A stretch of 64,000 bases of DNA. It comes from Eledone cirrhosa. Its lineage: Eukaryota. The stretch is taken from contig OZ024741.1 of NCBI GenBank assembly GCA_964016885.1, positions 103,168,001 to 103,232,000 on the forward strand, in the 5' to 3' direction. The position numbers and the translations under genes are program-made. A model generated the notes under the pieces. The model did no database searches. It had not been told where the DNA came from and saw only the letters and a list, made by a program, of their open reading frames with translations. Below, piece after piece: positions 37,990 to 53,609 of this stretch. Numbering within the stretch: the stretch's first letter is position 1; each line of letters starts with the position of its first letter.

Positions 37990-39342
37990 AAGAGAGAATG
38001 ACAATTAAAAGGGAGGGAAGAACCCTACATGCACACACACACATGTGAATGCTCATAAAGACACACACACACATGCATATGCTCATAAGAGACACATGCA
38101 CACTCATAGATGGACATACATGCACAAGCTCATAGACATACACACATGCACATGCTCAAAAGATACTAACAGACATGCACATGCTCATAAGAAACACACA
38201 TATATGCACACACTTGCACATGCTAATAAGAAACACTCACATTCATGCACACACTTATAGAGACACACACACATGCACAACCTCATACAAGCACACAGAC
38301 AATTTCCCTGACGCTAAACTTCACAGAGTGTACTGGCTGCATTTTATCATGCTGGTGCCATAATAAAATATACCCAGTACACTCTGTAAAGTGCTAGTGC
38401 TGATACCACAATAAAATACACCCTGTGCAGGGCATACAGCCAAATATGGAACATTTAAATAAATTGAGGTCCCCTCTCACCTTTCTTGTCTCAGACCATG
38501 ACAACTCATCTAATCCATAGCAGCATGGAGAGGGATATAAAATGATGATGAAATTATGAGTGCAAGTGTACTTAACAAACACATGAAGATGCATAAAATA
38601 AGAGGACCACACAAATTCCCTACAAAGAGGAACAGTAATTTATAAGGAACAACAATATTAAAACTTTCATGACTATATTTCCAATGAACATCACTGGCTG
38701 TGGTTTCTAAAACATTTTGAAAATAATCTAGAATTTGGAGGGATTTATTAATATAACTTATTAAGCTGATGTTTGGAACAAATTCTTACATAAATACAAA
38801 CACTTGAAAATAAACAACTTTGTAATGCAGAACAAGCAGTGGTTTTAGGAGTTTGGTATCAAAAGATCTAAGAAGTATTTTGATGTATGTGTTTTCTCGT
38901 CGGCGTTATATTTTTGGCTGGTTCAATAGTGGAACGGTCAGAGGTTATCAGCTGTATCTGCTCACAACTACATGGTCGCTCTCAGGAAACACAATCTACA
39001 CAAATACAACAACCACTACCACCAGATAAGCTGTTTAGTCACTCAACACTACCATCACTACGACCATTTCTCTTGAAATAACAAAGAAACTATACCTAAA
39101 TCTTGATCCAAAGTGTTTAATATGTCTTTTACACAATGTGTGCTACTGGCCTGTTATAGCTCATTATCTATGAACTTAATGAACTATATTTTATTGAATG
39201 ACATTTGTAACATATTCTTACATAACATTGGTTAGACATGGATTACTGCTCAAAACCATTCCATCTATGCATGCATATATAAATATGTATGTTACATATA
39301 TATATGTGTGATTATATGTATGTGTGTATATATATATATATA

Positions 39343-39645
39343 CTTCGTTTTGAATTTGTTTTGCAAGATTTCTTATCTGAAAACGTGTTGAAACAGATAT
39401 TGTTACACTTTGGGAGGGTCATGCTGCCAATAAAAACATAAGTGCCTGTTGGTTTTCACTTTATTATATATTTTCAATTTATTATATATTTCCACTTGGT
39501 TGGTTCGATGTTTATATATTGTCAAAGGTCTTACATCATACATTATGTGACCTCCTCAGTGACTGACTTGCTTTTTATTTTGTGTCTTTCTTTTGTTCTG
39601 GTGTAGTTTTTATTGGCAGCATTACCCTCCCAAAGTATAACAATA
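39343..39645. mobile_element. Fold-back element between (TA)n tracts with a partial hammerhead on the minus strand
   Basis: Inverted arms about 39398-39437 / 39606-39645. Minus strand reads gtca CTGAGGA GGTC...GACC tt tgac, with GAAA and stem III missing. Confidence 0.5.
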
Positions 39646-39742
39646 TATATATACACACATACACATATATATATATATATATATATATGCACATACATAT
39701 ATATATATATATATGCACATACATATATATATATATATGCAC

Positions 39743-39774
<32 letters not shown>

Positions 39775-39876
39775 GCATATATATATATATACATATTAAT
39801 ATATATATACATATATATAAATATACATATATATATATATACATATATATTTATATATATAAATACATATATATAC

Positions 39877-39913
<37 letters not shown>

Positions 39914-39982
39914 AATACATATATATACATATATATATATATATATAAATACATATATATACATATATATATATATATATAA

Positions 39983-40021
<39 letters not shown>

Positions 40022-40032
40022 TATATACACAC

Positions 40033-40065
<33 letters not shown>

Positions 40066-40140
40066 CACATATATATATATATACATATACACACATATAT
40101 ATATATACATATATATACATATATATACATATATATACAC

Positions 40141-40172
<32 letters not shown>

Positions 40173-40842
40173 GTGTGTATATATATGTATGTGTGTGTAT
40201 ATTTATATGTATATATGTGTGTATATTTATATGTGTATATGTGTGTGTATATTTATATGTGTATATGTGTGTATGTGTATATTTATATGTATATATGTAT
40301 GTGTGTGTATATTTATATGTATATATGTGTGTATATTTATATGTGTATATGTGTGTGTATATTTATATGTATATATGTGTGTGTATATTTATATGTATAT
40401 ATGTGTGTGTATATTTATATGTATATATGTATGTGTGTGTATATATGTATGTGTATGTATATATATGTATATATGTATGTGTATATTGATATATATGTGT
40501 ATATATATGTATATATGTGTGTATATATATGTATATATGTGTGTATATATATGTATATATGTGTGTATATATATGTATATATGTGTGTATATATATGTAT
40601 ATATGTGTGTATATATATGTATATATGTGTGTATATATATGTATATATGTGTGTATATATATGTATATATGTGTGTATATATATGTATATATGTATGTGT
40701 ATATATATGTATATATGTGTGTATATATATGTATATATGTATGTGTATATTTATATATATGTTTGCATATATATATATGTATGTGTGTGTATATATATAT
40801 ATATATATGTGTATGTATATATATATATATATATATATGTGT

Positions 40843-40873
<31 letters not shown>

Positions 40874-40874
40874 T

Positions 40875-40905
<31 letters not shown>

Positions 40906-41054
40906 TATGTATATATATATATATATATATATGTGTATGTATATATATATATATATATATGTGTATGTATATATATATATATATATATATGTGTATGTAT
41001 ATATATATATATATATATATGTGTATGTATATATATATATATATATATATGTGT

Positions 41055-41085
<31 letters not shown>

Positions 41086-41086
41086 T

Positions 41087-41117
<31 letters not shown>

Positions 41118-41118
41118 T

Positions 41119-41149
<31 letters not shown>

Positions 41150-41173
41150 TATGTATATATATATATATATGTG

Positions 41174-41239
<66 letters not shown>

Positions 41240-41245
41240 TATGTG

Positions 41246-41313
<68 letters not shown>

Positions 41314-41397
41314 TATGTATATATATATATATATATGTGTATGTATATATATATATATATATATATGTGTATGTATATATATATATATATGTGTATG

Positions 41398-41504
<107 letters not shown>

Positions 41505-41545
41505 GTATATATATGTATATATATATATATATATGTATATATATG

Positions 41546-41596
<51 letters not shown>

Positions 41597-41597
41597 G

Positions 41598-41628
<31 letters not shown>

Positions 41629-41669
41629 GTATGTATATATATATATGTATATATATATATGTATATATG

Positions 41670-41822
<153 letters not shown>

Positions 41823-41881
41823 GTTTATATATATATATGTATATGTATATGTATATATATATATATGTATGTATATATATG

Positions 41882-41930
<49 letters not shown>

Positions 41931-41945
41931 GTATATATATATATG

Positions 41946-42024
<79 letters not shown>

Positions 42025-42029
42025 GTATA

Positions 42030-42072
<43 letters not shown>

Positions 42073-42101
42073 GTATGTATATATATATATGTATATATAT
42101 G

Positions 42102-42136
<35 letters not shown>

Positions 42137-42141
42137 GTATG

Positions 42142-42202
<61 letters not shown>

Positions 42203-42406
42203 GTATATATATATATGTATATATATATATGTATATATATATATGTATGTATATATATATATGTATATATATATATATGTATGTATATATATATATGTAT
42301 ATATATATATATGTATGTATATATATATATGTATGTATGTATATATGTATATATATATACATATATATATATATACATACATACATATACACATATATAT
42401 ACATAC

Positions 42407-42442
<36 letters not shown>

Positions 42443-42649
42443 GTATATATATATATATACACATATATATATATATATACACATATATATATACATATAT
42501 ATATACACATATATATATATATACATATATACATATATATACATATATATATACACATATATATATACATATATATATACACATATATATATATATACAT
42601 ATATACATATATATACATATATATATATATATACATATATATATACACA

Positions 42650-42726
<77 letters not shown>

Positions 42727-42890
42727 ATATATACATATACATATATATACACACATATATATATATATATATACATACACACATATATATATATATATAT
42801 ACATACACATATATATATATATATATACCCATATATACATACACATATATACATACACACATATATATATACATACACATATATATATAT

Positions 42891-42929
<39 letters not shown>

Positions 42930-42998
42930 TACATATATATATATACATACACACACATACATATATATATACATACACACACATACATATATATATAT

Positions 42999-43029
<31 letters not shown>

Positions 43030-43084
43030 CACACACATACATATATATATATACATACACACACATACATATATATATATATAA

Positions 43085-43115
<31 letters not shown>

Positions 43116-43272
43116 CACATACACATATATATATATATATACATACACACACATATATATATATATACACACATACACATATATATATATACACACACAC
43201 ATATACATATATATATACACACATATACATATATATATATAAATATACACACACTTACATATATATATTACA

Positions 43273-43315
<43 letters not shown>

Positions 43316-43322
<7 letters not shown>

Positions 43323-43968
43323 ATGTTGAAAAAGTAACACACCAGAGAGAGATATACAGTGCGCTATCAATAAAACAGGGAAAAAACCACCAGTGTATGG
43401 AATCTATAACCTATGAAACGCAGACTATAGACATGATAATTAAAAATATAAATTAAAGCGTAAATAAATACCTGTATAACTATATAACACGCGTACAAAT
43501 CCAAAGATATGTTTCGCCAGTAAGTTGTTGACAGAAATGGAATACCTCAGTTCATCAGCGTGTGTAAGGCTATACATTTCAGACAACACTAAGAGAATTT
43601 TAAAATTCTCTTAGTGTTGTCTGAAATGTATAGCCTTACACACGCTGATGAACTGAGGTATTCCATTTCTGTCAACAACTTACTGGCGAAACATATCTTT
43701 GGATTTGTACGCGTGTTATATAGTTATACAGGTATTTATTTACGCTTTAATTTATATTTTTAATTATCATGTCTATAGTCTGCGTTTCATAGGTTATAGA
43801 TTCCATACACTGGTGGTTTTTTCCCTGTTTTATTGATAGCGCACTGTATATCTCTCTCTGGTGTGTTACCTTTTCAACATATTGTATTTTAAAGAGCTCA
43901 GGATTTCTTCTCCTTTGAGCACATTATTTACAGGGAATGGCGAGGGCCTATGGCTCCGTTAATTTATC

Positions 43969-43969
<1 letters not shown>
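43316..43969. mobile_element. Fold-back element: 2 x 286-bp palindrome (centre 43601/43602) plus an unpaired ~80-bp extension, inside (TA)n
   Basis: Arms are reverse complements with no spacer and one mismatch seen; each arm carries a hammerhead motif. Confidence 0.85.
43638..43716 (+). ncRNA. Type I hammerhead ribozyme motif (mirror copy on minus strand at about 43487-43565)
   Basis: Stem I acacacg/cgcgtgt, CTGATGA at 43645-43651, GAAA at 43688-43691, stem III ACATATC-tttg-GATTTGT, cleavage triplet GTA at 43707-43709. Stem II pairing is weak by eye. Confidence 0.7.
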
Positions 43970-44012
<43 letters not shown>

Positions 44013-44053
44013 ATATATACATATATATATTACATATATATATATATACACAC

Positions 44054-44088
<35 letters not shown>

Positions 44089-44251
44089 TATATACATATA
44101 TATACATTTATATATATATATATAATATATATAATATATATAATATATATATATATACACACATACATATATACATATATATATAGATATACATATATAT
44201 AGATATACATATATATATATTATATATATATATATATATACATATATATAG

Positions 44252-44284
<33 letters not shown>

Positions 44285-44285
44285 G

Positions 44286-44322
<37 letters not shown>

Positions 44323-44343
44323 TATAGATATACATATATATAG

Positions 44344-44380
<37 letters not shown>

Positions 44381-44392
44381 GATATACATATA

Positions 44393-44435
<43 letters not shown>

Positions 44436-44463
44436 GATATACATATATATAGATATACATATA

Positions 44464-44494
<31 letters not shown>

Positions 44495-44516
44495 CATATA
44501 TATAGATATACATATA

Positions 44517-44563
<47 letters not shown>

Positions 44564-45063
44564 TATATACATATATATATATTACATATATATATATATA
44601 TATTACATATATATATATATATATTACATATATAGATATATATATTACATATATATATATATATATTACATATATATATATATATATACACACATACATA
44701 TATATATATACACACATACATATATATATATACACACATACATATATATATATACACACATACATATATACATATATATATATTACATATATATATATAT
44801 ATACACATACATATACACATATATATATTACATATATATATTTATATCTGATAACTTCATTTCAGTATTTTATATATATATATATATTACTATGCAGCTA
44901 TCAACTATTTATCTTCTTTCTATATTGATATATATGTACAAGTACTGAACCATTTATCCGGCAAGCTTGTGACTGGAGGTAGTTCAGATTTCTGGGTACA
45001 AGCTAAAAATATAATTAAAATATAAAATAAACAATAAAAGGCAATGAATAAAACTATATTTAA

Positions 45064-45276
45064 CCCTTTAGTATTTATATTACTCTATATATGCTATTGC
45101 ATTTTCGCAGTAAAGGCTTTATCTCACATAAAATCGAATCTATGAGATTTTGATGTTATTTCTTTTGAGAACAATACCTTAACATCAGTATGAGTAGCAA
45201 GTTACAGCAAATTTGAACTGAAAGACCTGAGAGAATTCTGGCCGTTTAATGTTAAAGGGTTTAAATGCTAAAGGGT
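45064..45276. mobile_element. piggyBac-like MITE (same family, opposite orientation)
   Basis: ttaaccctttagtattta ... taaatgctaaagggttaa with a duplicated right terminus. Confidence 0.8.
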
Positions 45277-45614
45277 TAACAGGCATAAAAATATGCTCTT
45301 CTAAAGCAGGGTCTGTTTGATATTTAGGCAACAAAACAGATGCACAACACCAGTACACCAAACGCAACACTAGTTAGTTTCAAAAATAACCAGTTTCCTG
45401 GATATTCCCAATTTCTGGAATCCAGATAAATGTTCCAGAACCTGTTCTTGGTATATATATATTTTTTCAGATTATATTACATTTTAATTTTATTGGATTT
45501 TTAAAAGGACAAAATATATTGGTATACATTTATCATATATAAATTATGTGTTTACTATATATATATGTATATAAAACATATATAAACACTCTATTTTTGC
45601 TTTATTTTCTCCTT

Positions 45615-46260
45615 CTTCACCCACATATTCCTGAAAGGGTCATAGGGGCAGAGTCTTCAAATACTCCTTCCAGTGGGTCCTATCTAAAGCAACCATTTCC
45701 AACTGATCTGGCTGGATCTCCAAGCTAGACCAGCCAAGCTCATGGATGTTTTACAATCATCTTGCTCAGGATCTACCCTTGGGTCTTTTGCCAGTTGGTT
45801 TTTCCTGTCCAGAGATTCTTTCCTGAGACTTTCTAACTATATACCCATAGTATCGGAGCTGTGATCTCTCAATTCAGAGAAGTAGCAGCTCTACGTGGAG
45901 TGTCTCTCTGATCTCTGAGCTATGCATTCTATCGAGTAACATTACTCCAAAGACCCTTTGGATGTACCCATTTCAGCTGCTTGTATTCGCAATTTTATTC
46001 TTTCGGCCATTACCCAAGATTTATGACCATAGGTAAAGGTTGGCACGAATACCGAATTGAAGATAGTGAGTTTGGCTTTTTACACCCACCTCCCTTCTGA
46101 TTACTGAATGTTGAAGTTGCTGCATTACTGCACCAGTGCCCGTAATTCTTTTACTTAATTCAGCCTCCTGCCTTCCATCACTCGTGAACACGGCCCCGAA
46201 ATACTTGAACCTCTCCACCTGCTTCAGTGGAACTCCATTCACATGTAAAATACACTCTGC
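45615..46260 (-). mobile_element. RTE-clade 3' fragment
   Basis: NGVPLKQVERFKYFGAVFTSDGRQEAELSKRI; same family as 52170-52760. Confidence 0.82.
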
Positions 46261-47348
46261 AGGCTTGCTTTATTTTCTTCCTTTCAAAAACTTCTCATAT
46301 TTCGTTGGTAAGGTCATAGAAAAGTTCATTTGTAGTGAGGAGTGATGATTGTAAGTTTCCAAGTTCTTTCCCTCCCTTTTTGTGAGTGGGAATGAGAGAG
46401 AGAGAGGGGTGATAGTAATGTCTCCTATGGTCACAGGTTACCAGGCAGATATCAATATACTACAACCTCACAAAAGAAACAATTATTGTACTGGATAATA
46501 CTCATTTAATCCATAGAAACATTACAAAGCAGTTGTAAAAATGATGTCAGATTTGTTTACTTCTCACAACATTTAAACTCACCAATATTGGCAAATAGTA
46601 ATAAAAAGCGTTTAAACAGCAAAATATATTTTATGCCTTCAGTAAGAAGAGAAGTCTAACATTTCAGACAAAACTGAAGTGTATCGTGAAGTTGATACTG
46701 TTTAACTCCAAATCAGCTCTAATTGAATCCTTCCTTTTCTTGAAAGATGATCAAGTATGATATAACAGATTTTACTGTTATTTCTAGCAGACATAATTAC
46801 CACATAGAGTCCCTTTCATTGTAAGGAAGAGTATAATGTTCAGGTAAATATAAAAATAGGTCGAGGAAAAATAAGCCTAAATATGTTAAACTGGTTACAT
46901 TTCTCAGAGGTTTTGCTACCTATTCTTTCTCCAAATAGATTGTGCCATGTGAAATAGTGTCATGCCCCACTGAAACACCTACAGTGGATTTGAACCAATT
47001 ATCCATGAACTGTTAATCCTATATTATCCAATCAGCCATTCTGGCTCTACAAATATCTATCTAACAATGAATTTCTAGTTGTTCTACCAATGTCAGCTAG
47101 GTAGTGTTGGTGCCACGAAAAATGGTCCCAGTACATGCTGTAACGTAGTTGACATTAGGAAGGGCATCCAGCCAGAAATGGAATATATGAACAAGACATG
47201 GTCACTTGATCCATCTAACTTATACAAGCATGGAAAATAAACTTTAAACTGTGAAAATGATGATATATATTGTACATATGTTTATGAATTGGACTTGGAT
47301 ATTACAACATTGGGGTCAGACATGCTAAGTTTTCACATCATATGTTCG

Positions 47349-47383
<35 letters not shown>

Positions 47384-48012
47384 ACATACATATACACATT
47401 TATGTGTATGTGTTTGTATATATAAAAGTTGATCGATAAGGAAATTAATATTTCTAATGTAGATATCAAAACACATGTCCTACTAAATACTTTACTGAGA
47501 AATTATAAATAAGGCATCATTACTATTATAAATACCAGAAATTACTTTTAATAGTGGCCTGGATTACCTGAATAAACTATTGTTCCTGTGTGATATTTTT
47601 CCTGCTTCGGTTGCTTGCCACTTGTGTAAACAGTCAGGAGTAGCAACGCAGCTAGAGCGAAATTCACCAAGATATTATTACTGAGTCAGTATTTGGTTTG
47701 TATTTTGTGACCTTATTAAAAATATAAAAGCTTTGAAGGAAATGAAACAACAGCTTTGAAGAAGTTTTAGAAAGTAAATATTGTTTTGATGGAAGAGGAT
47801 AGTTGTGTGGTATGGTGGTTCTAATGTTTCTATTCGTTTGGTATAATATTAAACTACACTGAATAAATAGGAAATAAAACTTGCACCAATATGCTGTACC
47901 AAATCACACCTGTGATGAGTGCCACTTTCAGCAGGAATATTTAAATACTGTAGTTGAAGATGGAGACACGCTGTACATAATATTTTGGTTAGTAACATGA
48001 ATAGACTGATTA

Positions 48013-49613
48013 TCCGTGTAACATATTTTTTGTTCCCCGGTTCTAAGTGCCATTTACTGGTTTGTTATATCCCATTATTATTTTTTAAAAAACTATTATT
48101 TAATCAGAAGTTTGGGTTTGATATTTCGAAATTTTCATATTTTTCAAGAAAAAACATTTTTTTTTAATTTATCAATTCATATAATTAAATCAACAGAGTA
48201 TATTTATTTTATTACACAAGCTTATCAAAAGCAAACAAGTAAAAACAAATAACACTTATAAAGCAACTTATACACGTCAGAAATGACTGGATTTCCTGGA
48301 TTTGCGGTTGTAGTCCAGGTCGCATTCCCGCACTAGCCCCCAGTTATAGTCCCCCATCATTTTTCATTGTAGTGGCCCTGGTACCTCTGCTCTATCTCTT
48401 TCACATCTTGATGGAATCGTTTGCCTTGTTCTTCTGAGTAGGTGCCCATATTGTCCTTGAATTTTTCCAGGTGAGCGTCCAGCATATGGAGTTTAAGCGA
48501 CATCCTGCATTCCATGTCGCCAAAAGCCTTTATCAGATCCTGCACCAGTTGCTGGTAGTTTTCAGCTCTGTAGTTGCCCAGGAAGCCCTTAACAACTGCC
48601 TTTAAACCGTTCCATGCTGTTCTCTCAATCCTATTGAGCTTATTGGAGAACTCAGTAGAATCAAACACCTTCTTTATCTGAGGTCCAACAAAAATTCCAC
48701 CTTTGATTTTGGCCTCAGATAACTTGGGGATGGACTCAAGAAGGTACTTAAAAGCGGCTGATTCTTGGTTGAGATCCTTCACAAACTGCTTCATCAACCC
48801 CCAACTTAATGTACAGTGGCGGCATGAGCACAATCCTGGGATCAACCAATGGCTTCCACATGACGTTCCGGGTCCCAACTACAAATTCTGTTCGCTGCTC
48901 CCAGTTCTTTCTTTTGTAGTGGTCAGGGGTGGCTCTGCTGTCCCAAAGGCAGAGGAAGCATTGGAATTTGATAAAGCTTCCTTGGAGTTCAAGCAGGAAA
49001 GCCACCATCTTGAAGTCTCCAATGATTTCTTAATTGTACTGGTTGTATTGCAGAGCTTCCAAGAGGATTTTCACACTGTAGTAATCTTCCTTCAGGCAGA
49101 CTGAATGAGCTAGGGGCAGTGTCAGGAACTATTTTCCATTGTGGAGGAGGACAGCCTTCAAACTTGTGCTGCTTCATCCTGGAGATGAATAGCTCTGCAT
49201 TGGACTTGGTCAGACCCATATCCCTGACCAAGTTATTGACTTCTCTTTGGTTTGGGAAGTGAGGAACTTTTTCTGGTACCCCAGTATCAATAAATCTCTT
49301 TAATCCACTTTTTAACAATTTTATACTTTATTGCACTTTTATAATTTTCTTTAGGTATTACTCTTTATTTTATAATTTTAATTTAACCTGAAACATATAT
49401 AAAAAAAAAATCATTTAACATAAGCAAATTAAACTTACATACAACGTAAAATCCAGCATACAAATAATTCTAGTGAATAGCTTAGAATTTTTACAAACCC
49501 AAACTTTTAACTGTTTAATAGCACTTTTTTTTTATTTATTTGGGACCTAAGCAACGCAAAAAAAGTGATTACAAGCCAGGAACAGATAAAATAAATGTTT
49601 TTGTTACACAGTG
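48013..49613 (-). mobile_element. Internally deleted Chapaev3-like (CMC superfamily) DNA transposon
   Basis: Frameshifted transposase motifs FQCFLCLWDSRA, PPLYIKLG, LMKQFVK, PKLSEAKIKGGIFVGPQIK, MSLKLHMLDAHL, SEEQGKRFHQD. Right terminus CACTGTGTAACA (minus strand), similar left end ccgtgtaaca...tgttcc, TTA on both flanks. Confidence 0.85.
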
Positions 49614-50084
49614 TTATTAGCTTCAAATGTTCATTTAGCTTGTTTGCTGGGTGTAATGGAGTAAAGTAGCAAGTGGAAATATTTATATAATCTACAAGAC
49701 CATGTTTGTTTTGTTTAGTAGGAATTGTGTTTCGATATGTAGAAACATTACTATTATTACTATAATCCATTGTTTTGCTTGTTTTTTATTCATTTTGTGT
49801 ACAGTTAGGTTTTTTTTATGTTATGGTATGTTGGATTATAGTTGGTTTAGAATAGATGCACTCTATCTCTGTGTGTCGTAAGAGGTGACAAAAAAATTGA
49901 TGCCAGAAAGGGCATCCAGCCATAAGTTAATGCATCAAAAAAGACCTTGTGATGGGTATAATAACATATGGTCATGGTACAGCCCAAAGTACTGCATGCA
50001 GTCCCCACTTTCTCTTGTTGAAATACGAGATGGGGAAGCAAAGGAGGTATTCAGTTTATTTATGATGGTCAAGTGCATTGTGTT

Positions 50085-50930
50085 CCTTGTGGAAACCCGT
50101 ATATGAGATTCAAGTCATGGAATATAGAGATGAAAAGGAGTCACTGAATAGAAGAAGAGTGGACATGTGTTTTATGCAGGGGATAAGATGGAATAGAAGT
50201 GGTGCAAGAATGATGAGAAGGAGACAAAGAGAGAGGTACAACTTTGTGTTTCAAAAATGTCAGGAATATGTACATAGCTTTAGTGTTTCAATGTTTGTAG
50301 TCAGTCTGATGAGTGAATAGTTGATGATGAAATTGATGTTTGGAAAGTTCTCGGGATAAGCCCCACATGTAGATCAGAGTGTTGAAGAGAAAGACAAGGT
50401 TTGGTGTGCAGTAGAGAAGATGATTGAAAACATGAAAGACAAGGAAGTTATCATGATAGGAGAGGATTTGAATGGACATGTGTGATTGAGTGTGGTTGGT
50501 TTTGAAGGAGTCCATGGCAGCTACTGTTGTAGTAGGAGTAATGAAGAAGGTGAATGGTTTGCTGACTGAGCTAAGATGTTAATCTGTAACACTTAATTCT
50601 ACAAAGAAGACGGACTCGTTATGTATACATCGGGGGAGGGGGTTGTTGTCAGCTGTCAACTCCTGGGTGGTGGTGAAAGAAGGCTGTATTCTGGTGGATT
50701 GGGAGTTAAGTACTCTCATGTCTCTGTACAAAGGGGGTGGCAGTCCTCTAAACTTGTCTTATATAGAGCAATTAAGCTATAGGAACACGAAAAGAAAATA
50801 TTGTAAAGAAGTTAGTGGAGAAGATGCGGAAAAAAGTAAAGATTGATGAAATACAGTTTCCATTTCTGCTGGGAAAGGGAGCGACTCGTGGACTTTTTAT
50901 TGTTAAGTTGTTTCAGGAAAAATATAAGAG
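50085..50930 (+). mobile_element. Highly decayed RTE-like APE/RT remnant
   Basis: LNRRRVDMCFMQGIRW, IGEDLNGHV and YKGGGSPLN remnants. Confidence 0.6.
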
Positions 50931-51229
50931 GAAGAATTTGCTTGCTCTTAAGTGCTGCAAGCAAAAGAAGCTTGTGTGGTGCCAGATGGCAGGAGGACCC
51001 GTTGGTTCAATCATGACGTCAAAGATGCCCTCTGGGCAAAGACGGAAGCCTACAATGCTTGACAATACATCCTCCTTCTTGCACTTGTGGCACAAGCAGG
51101 CACAAAGAATTAATCGCAGCAGAGACATTAAAGGCGTCCAAAGATATGGGTGGACTTTGGGGTTAAGATGGAATCCGACTTCAGATCAGCAAATAAAGTG
51201 CTCTGGCAGACCATCTGATGTCTCCACAC

Positions 51230-52790
51230 CTACTATCAGGAATTCGTCTGGGATTCTCCTCTCTCCAGAGAGCTGCATCCTTGGAAGGTGCAAAGAATAC
51301 TTTGCTGATCTCCTGACCCCCATCACAACAGCATCTTTTGATGTACACTAGGTGCATCTGGGAGTGTTGACTAATCTCCTAGAGGATGAAGTCACAAAAG
51401 TAATTAAAGAGCTCAAATGTGGCAGGGTCGCTCAGGAAGATGAAATTCGGCCTGAGATGTTAAAAGCCTTAAATAGAGAAAGTATTCGCTGGCTGACTCC
51501 TGCGTGTTGGGTGGCCTGGATCTCTGGAAAGGCACCTAAGCAGTGGCAATCAGGAGTGATAAACCCAATTTTCAAAAATGGAGACAAGAGATATTGCACC
51601 AATTATAGAGGGATGTCCATGTTATGCCTCCCCAGTAAAGTCTCTGCTAAATGCCTGGCAAAGAGATGTAGGGAGATTGTTGAGTCTAGCACAGCTGACC
51701 AAATATTCACATTGCAGTAGATCTTTGAGAAATCGTGGCAGTACTGCTAGCTTTGTAGACCTCGAAAAGGCATATGACTGCATTCCATGGGACTTGCTGT
51801 GGAAGGATCTGCAAGAGTATGGGATCGATGGTCAGCTTCTTATTGTTCTGATGTCTCTATATGAATGCCTAAGTATTTGTGTTCAGATAAATGGTGCTAA
51901 ATCGAAACCATTCAATGTGGGAGTCGGACTCCGCCACGGTTGCGTACTGTCACCTCTCCTGTTCATTATTGTCATGAACAGGATTGACATACGCAGCCAG
52001 GTTGGAAGTAGTATCACGACTGGCAGGTGTAGAATCAAACGGTTGGAATTTGAAGACGACATAGTATTATTTAACTCGACAGAGCGTGATCTTCCCCCTT
52101 GCAATTGATAGTTTTGATGCCGGCTGGAATGGAAACTGAGACATTCGTCCTCTCTTAAGGAACCCTGTGCAGTGTATTCTGCATGTGAATGGACTTCCAC
52201 TGAAGCAGGTGGAGAAGTTCAAGTATCTCCGGGCCGTGTTCGTGAGTGATGGAAAACAGGAGGCTGAATTAAGTGCAAGAATTGCAGGAACTGGTGCAGT
52301 AATGCGGCAGCTTCAGCATTTGCTAATCAGAAGGGAGGTCCCTACCTCCCTCCTGATTACCGAAGGGTAAAAACCAAACTCGCTATCTTCAATTCGGTAC
52401 TCGTGTCAACCCTTACCTATAGTAACGAATCTTGGGTAATGACCGAAAGAATACGATCGCGAATGCAAGCGGCTGAAATAGGGCTGCTCCGAAGGGTCTT
52501 TGGAGAAACGTTACTCGATAGAATGCGTAACTCGGAGATCAGAGTCACTCCAGATAGAGCCGCTCCTTCCCTGAATTGAGAGATCACAGCTCCGATACTA
52601 TAGGCATGCGGTTAGAAGGTCTCAGAAAAGAATAGCTGGACAGATTTTATGGGCAAACCCAACCGGAAGGAGATCCAGGAGAAGACTCCGAGTAAGATGG
52701 TTAGATAACATCCATGAGCTCGCCTGGAGATCCAGGCGGATCAGTTAGAAACGGTTGCTTTACACAGGACCTGCTTGAAGGAGCAGGAAC
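51230..52790 (+). mobile_element. Degenerate RTE-clade LINE, RT to 3' end
   Basis: DEIRPEMLKAL, CTNYRGMS, FVDLEKAYD, GLRHGCVLSPLLF, LKQVEKFKYL; multiple stops. Confidence 0.88.
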
Positions 52791-52989
52791 GAAGAATCAT
52801 CAGAGTTTGATGAGCTATCGATTCCAGAGTCGGGCACGAAAAATACCGATCGTACTTTGAGTTGATCATTTGTGAAACGTGCGTTACATCTGAATAAACA
52901 TATTGATATTGTAGTTATACTTCGTTCATGCCCCTCATTATTAATATTATTAACACTCTTCTTCTTAAGGCAACCGACTACGTTGAAAT

Positions 52990-53600
52990 ACCAAACGTAG
53001 GATACTACATCAGCAACAGGACCCACATCCAAGTTCGATCGGGATGCTCTGCAACAGCTCCAACTTAGTAATGGTTCGAGAGTCAATACGTACAGAGGGG
53101 GGCCAACCTTGACGGACTGATCGCGCGATTTGAAACGGTTCCGAAAGGTGGCCATTTACTTTAGATGCTGCTGTGCATTGCTTCTAGTGATGGGACCGAA
53201 GCCAGCTGCCTGAGGACAGCCTTCAGATACCGATGGTCGATCCTATCGAAAGTTTTCGATTGATATACATTTATCAGAGACCCACCGAAGCCAGGTTTAC
53301 ACTCTACCTTCTCTATGATGTATCGCATGAGGTGGAAGTTGTCGTGTATGGACCTAGTGGGGATTGCACAAGTTTGCGCCACCCCTCCCAAATCCTCGAC
53401 GACAAACGCTAACACCTTGGCCAGAATCTTAAACTCTGTGTTTAGTAGAGTATTGAGCCTGAATTTGTCTAATGTGTCGCTCTTGCTCTCGTCTTTCCCC
53501 ATCAGCATTACTACAATCTGGCACACAGAACTGGGAATACTCCCGTTCTGTTGTAGTAGAGCGATTCGATGAGATCGGAGAACAAGTCTGGCATTTCTGC
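52990..53600 (-). mobile_element. L1/Tx1-like RT fragment
   Basis: TLLNTEFKILAKVLA, QTCAIPTRSIHDN, QSKTFDRIDHRYL, PLYVLTLEPLL. Confidence 0.75.
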
Positions 53601-53609
53601 GTAAAACTC

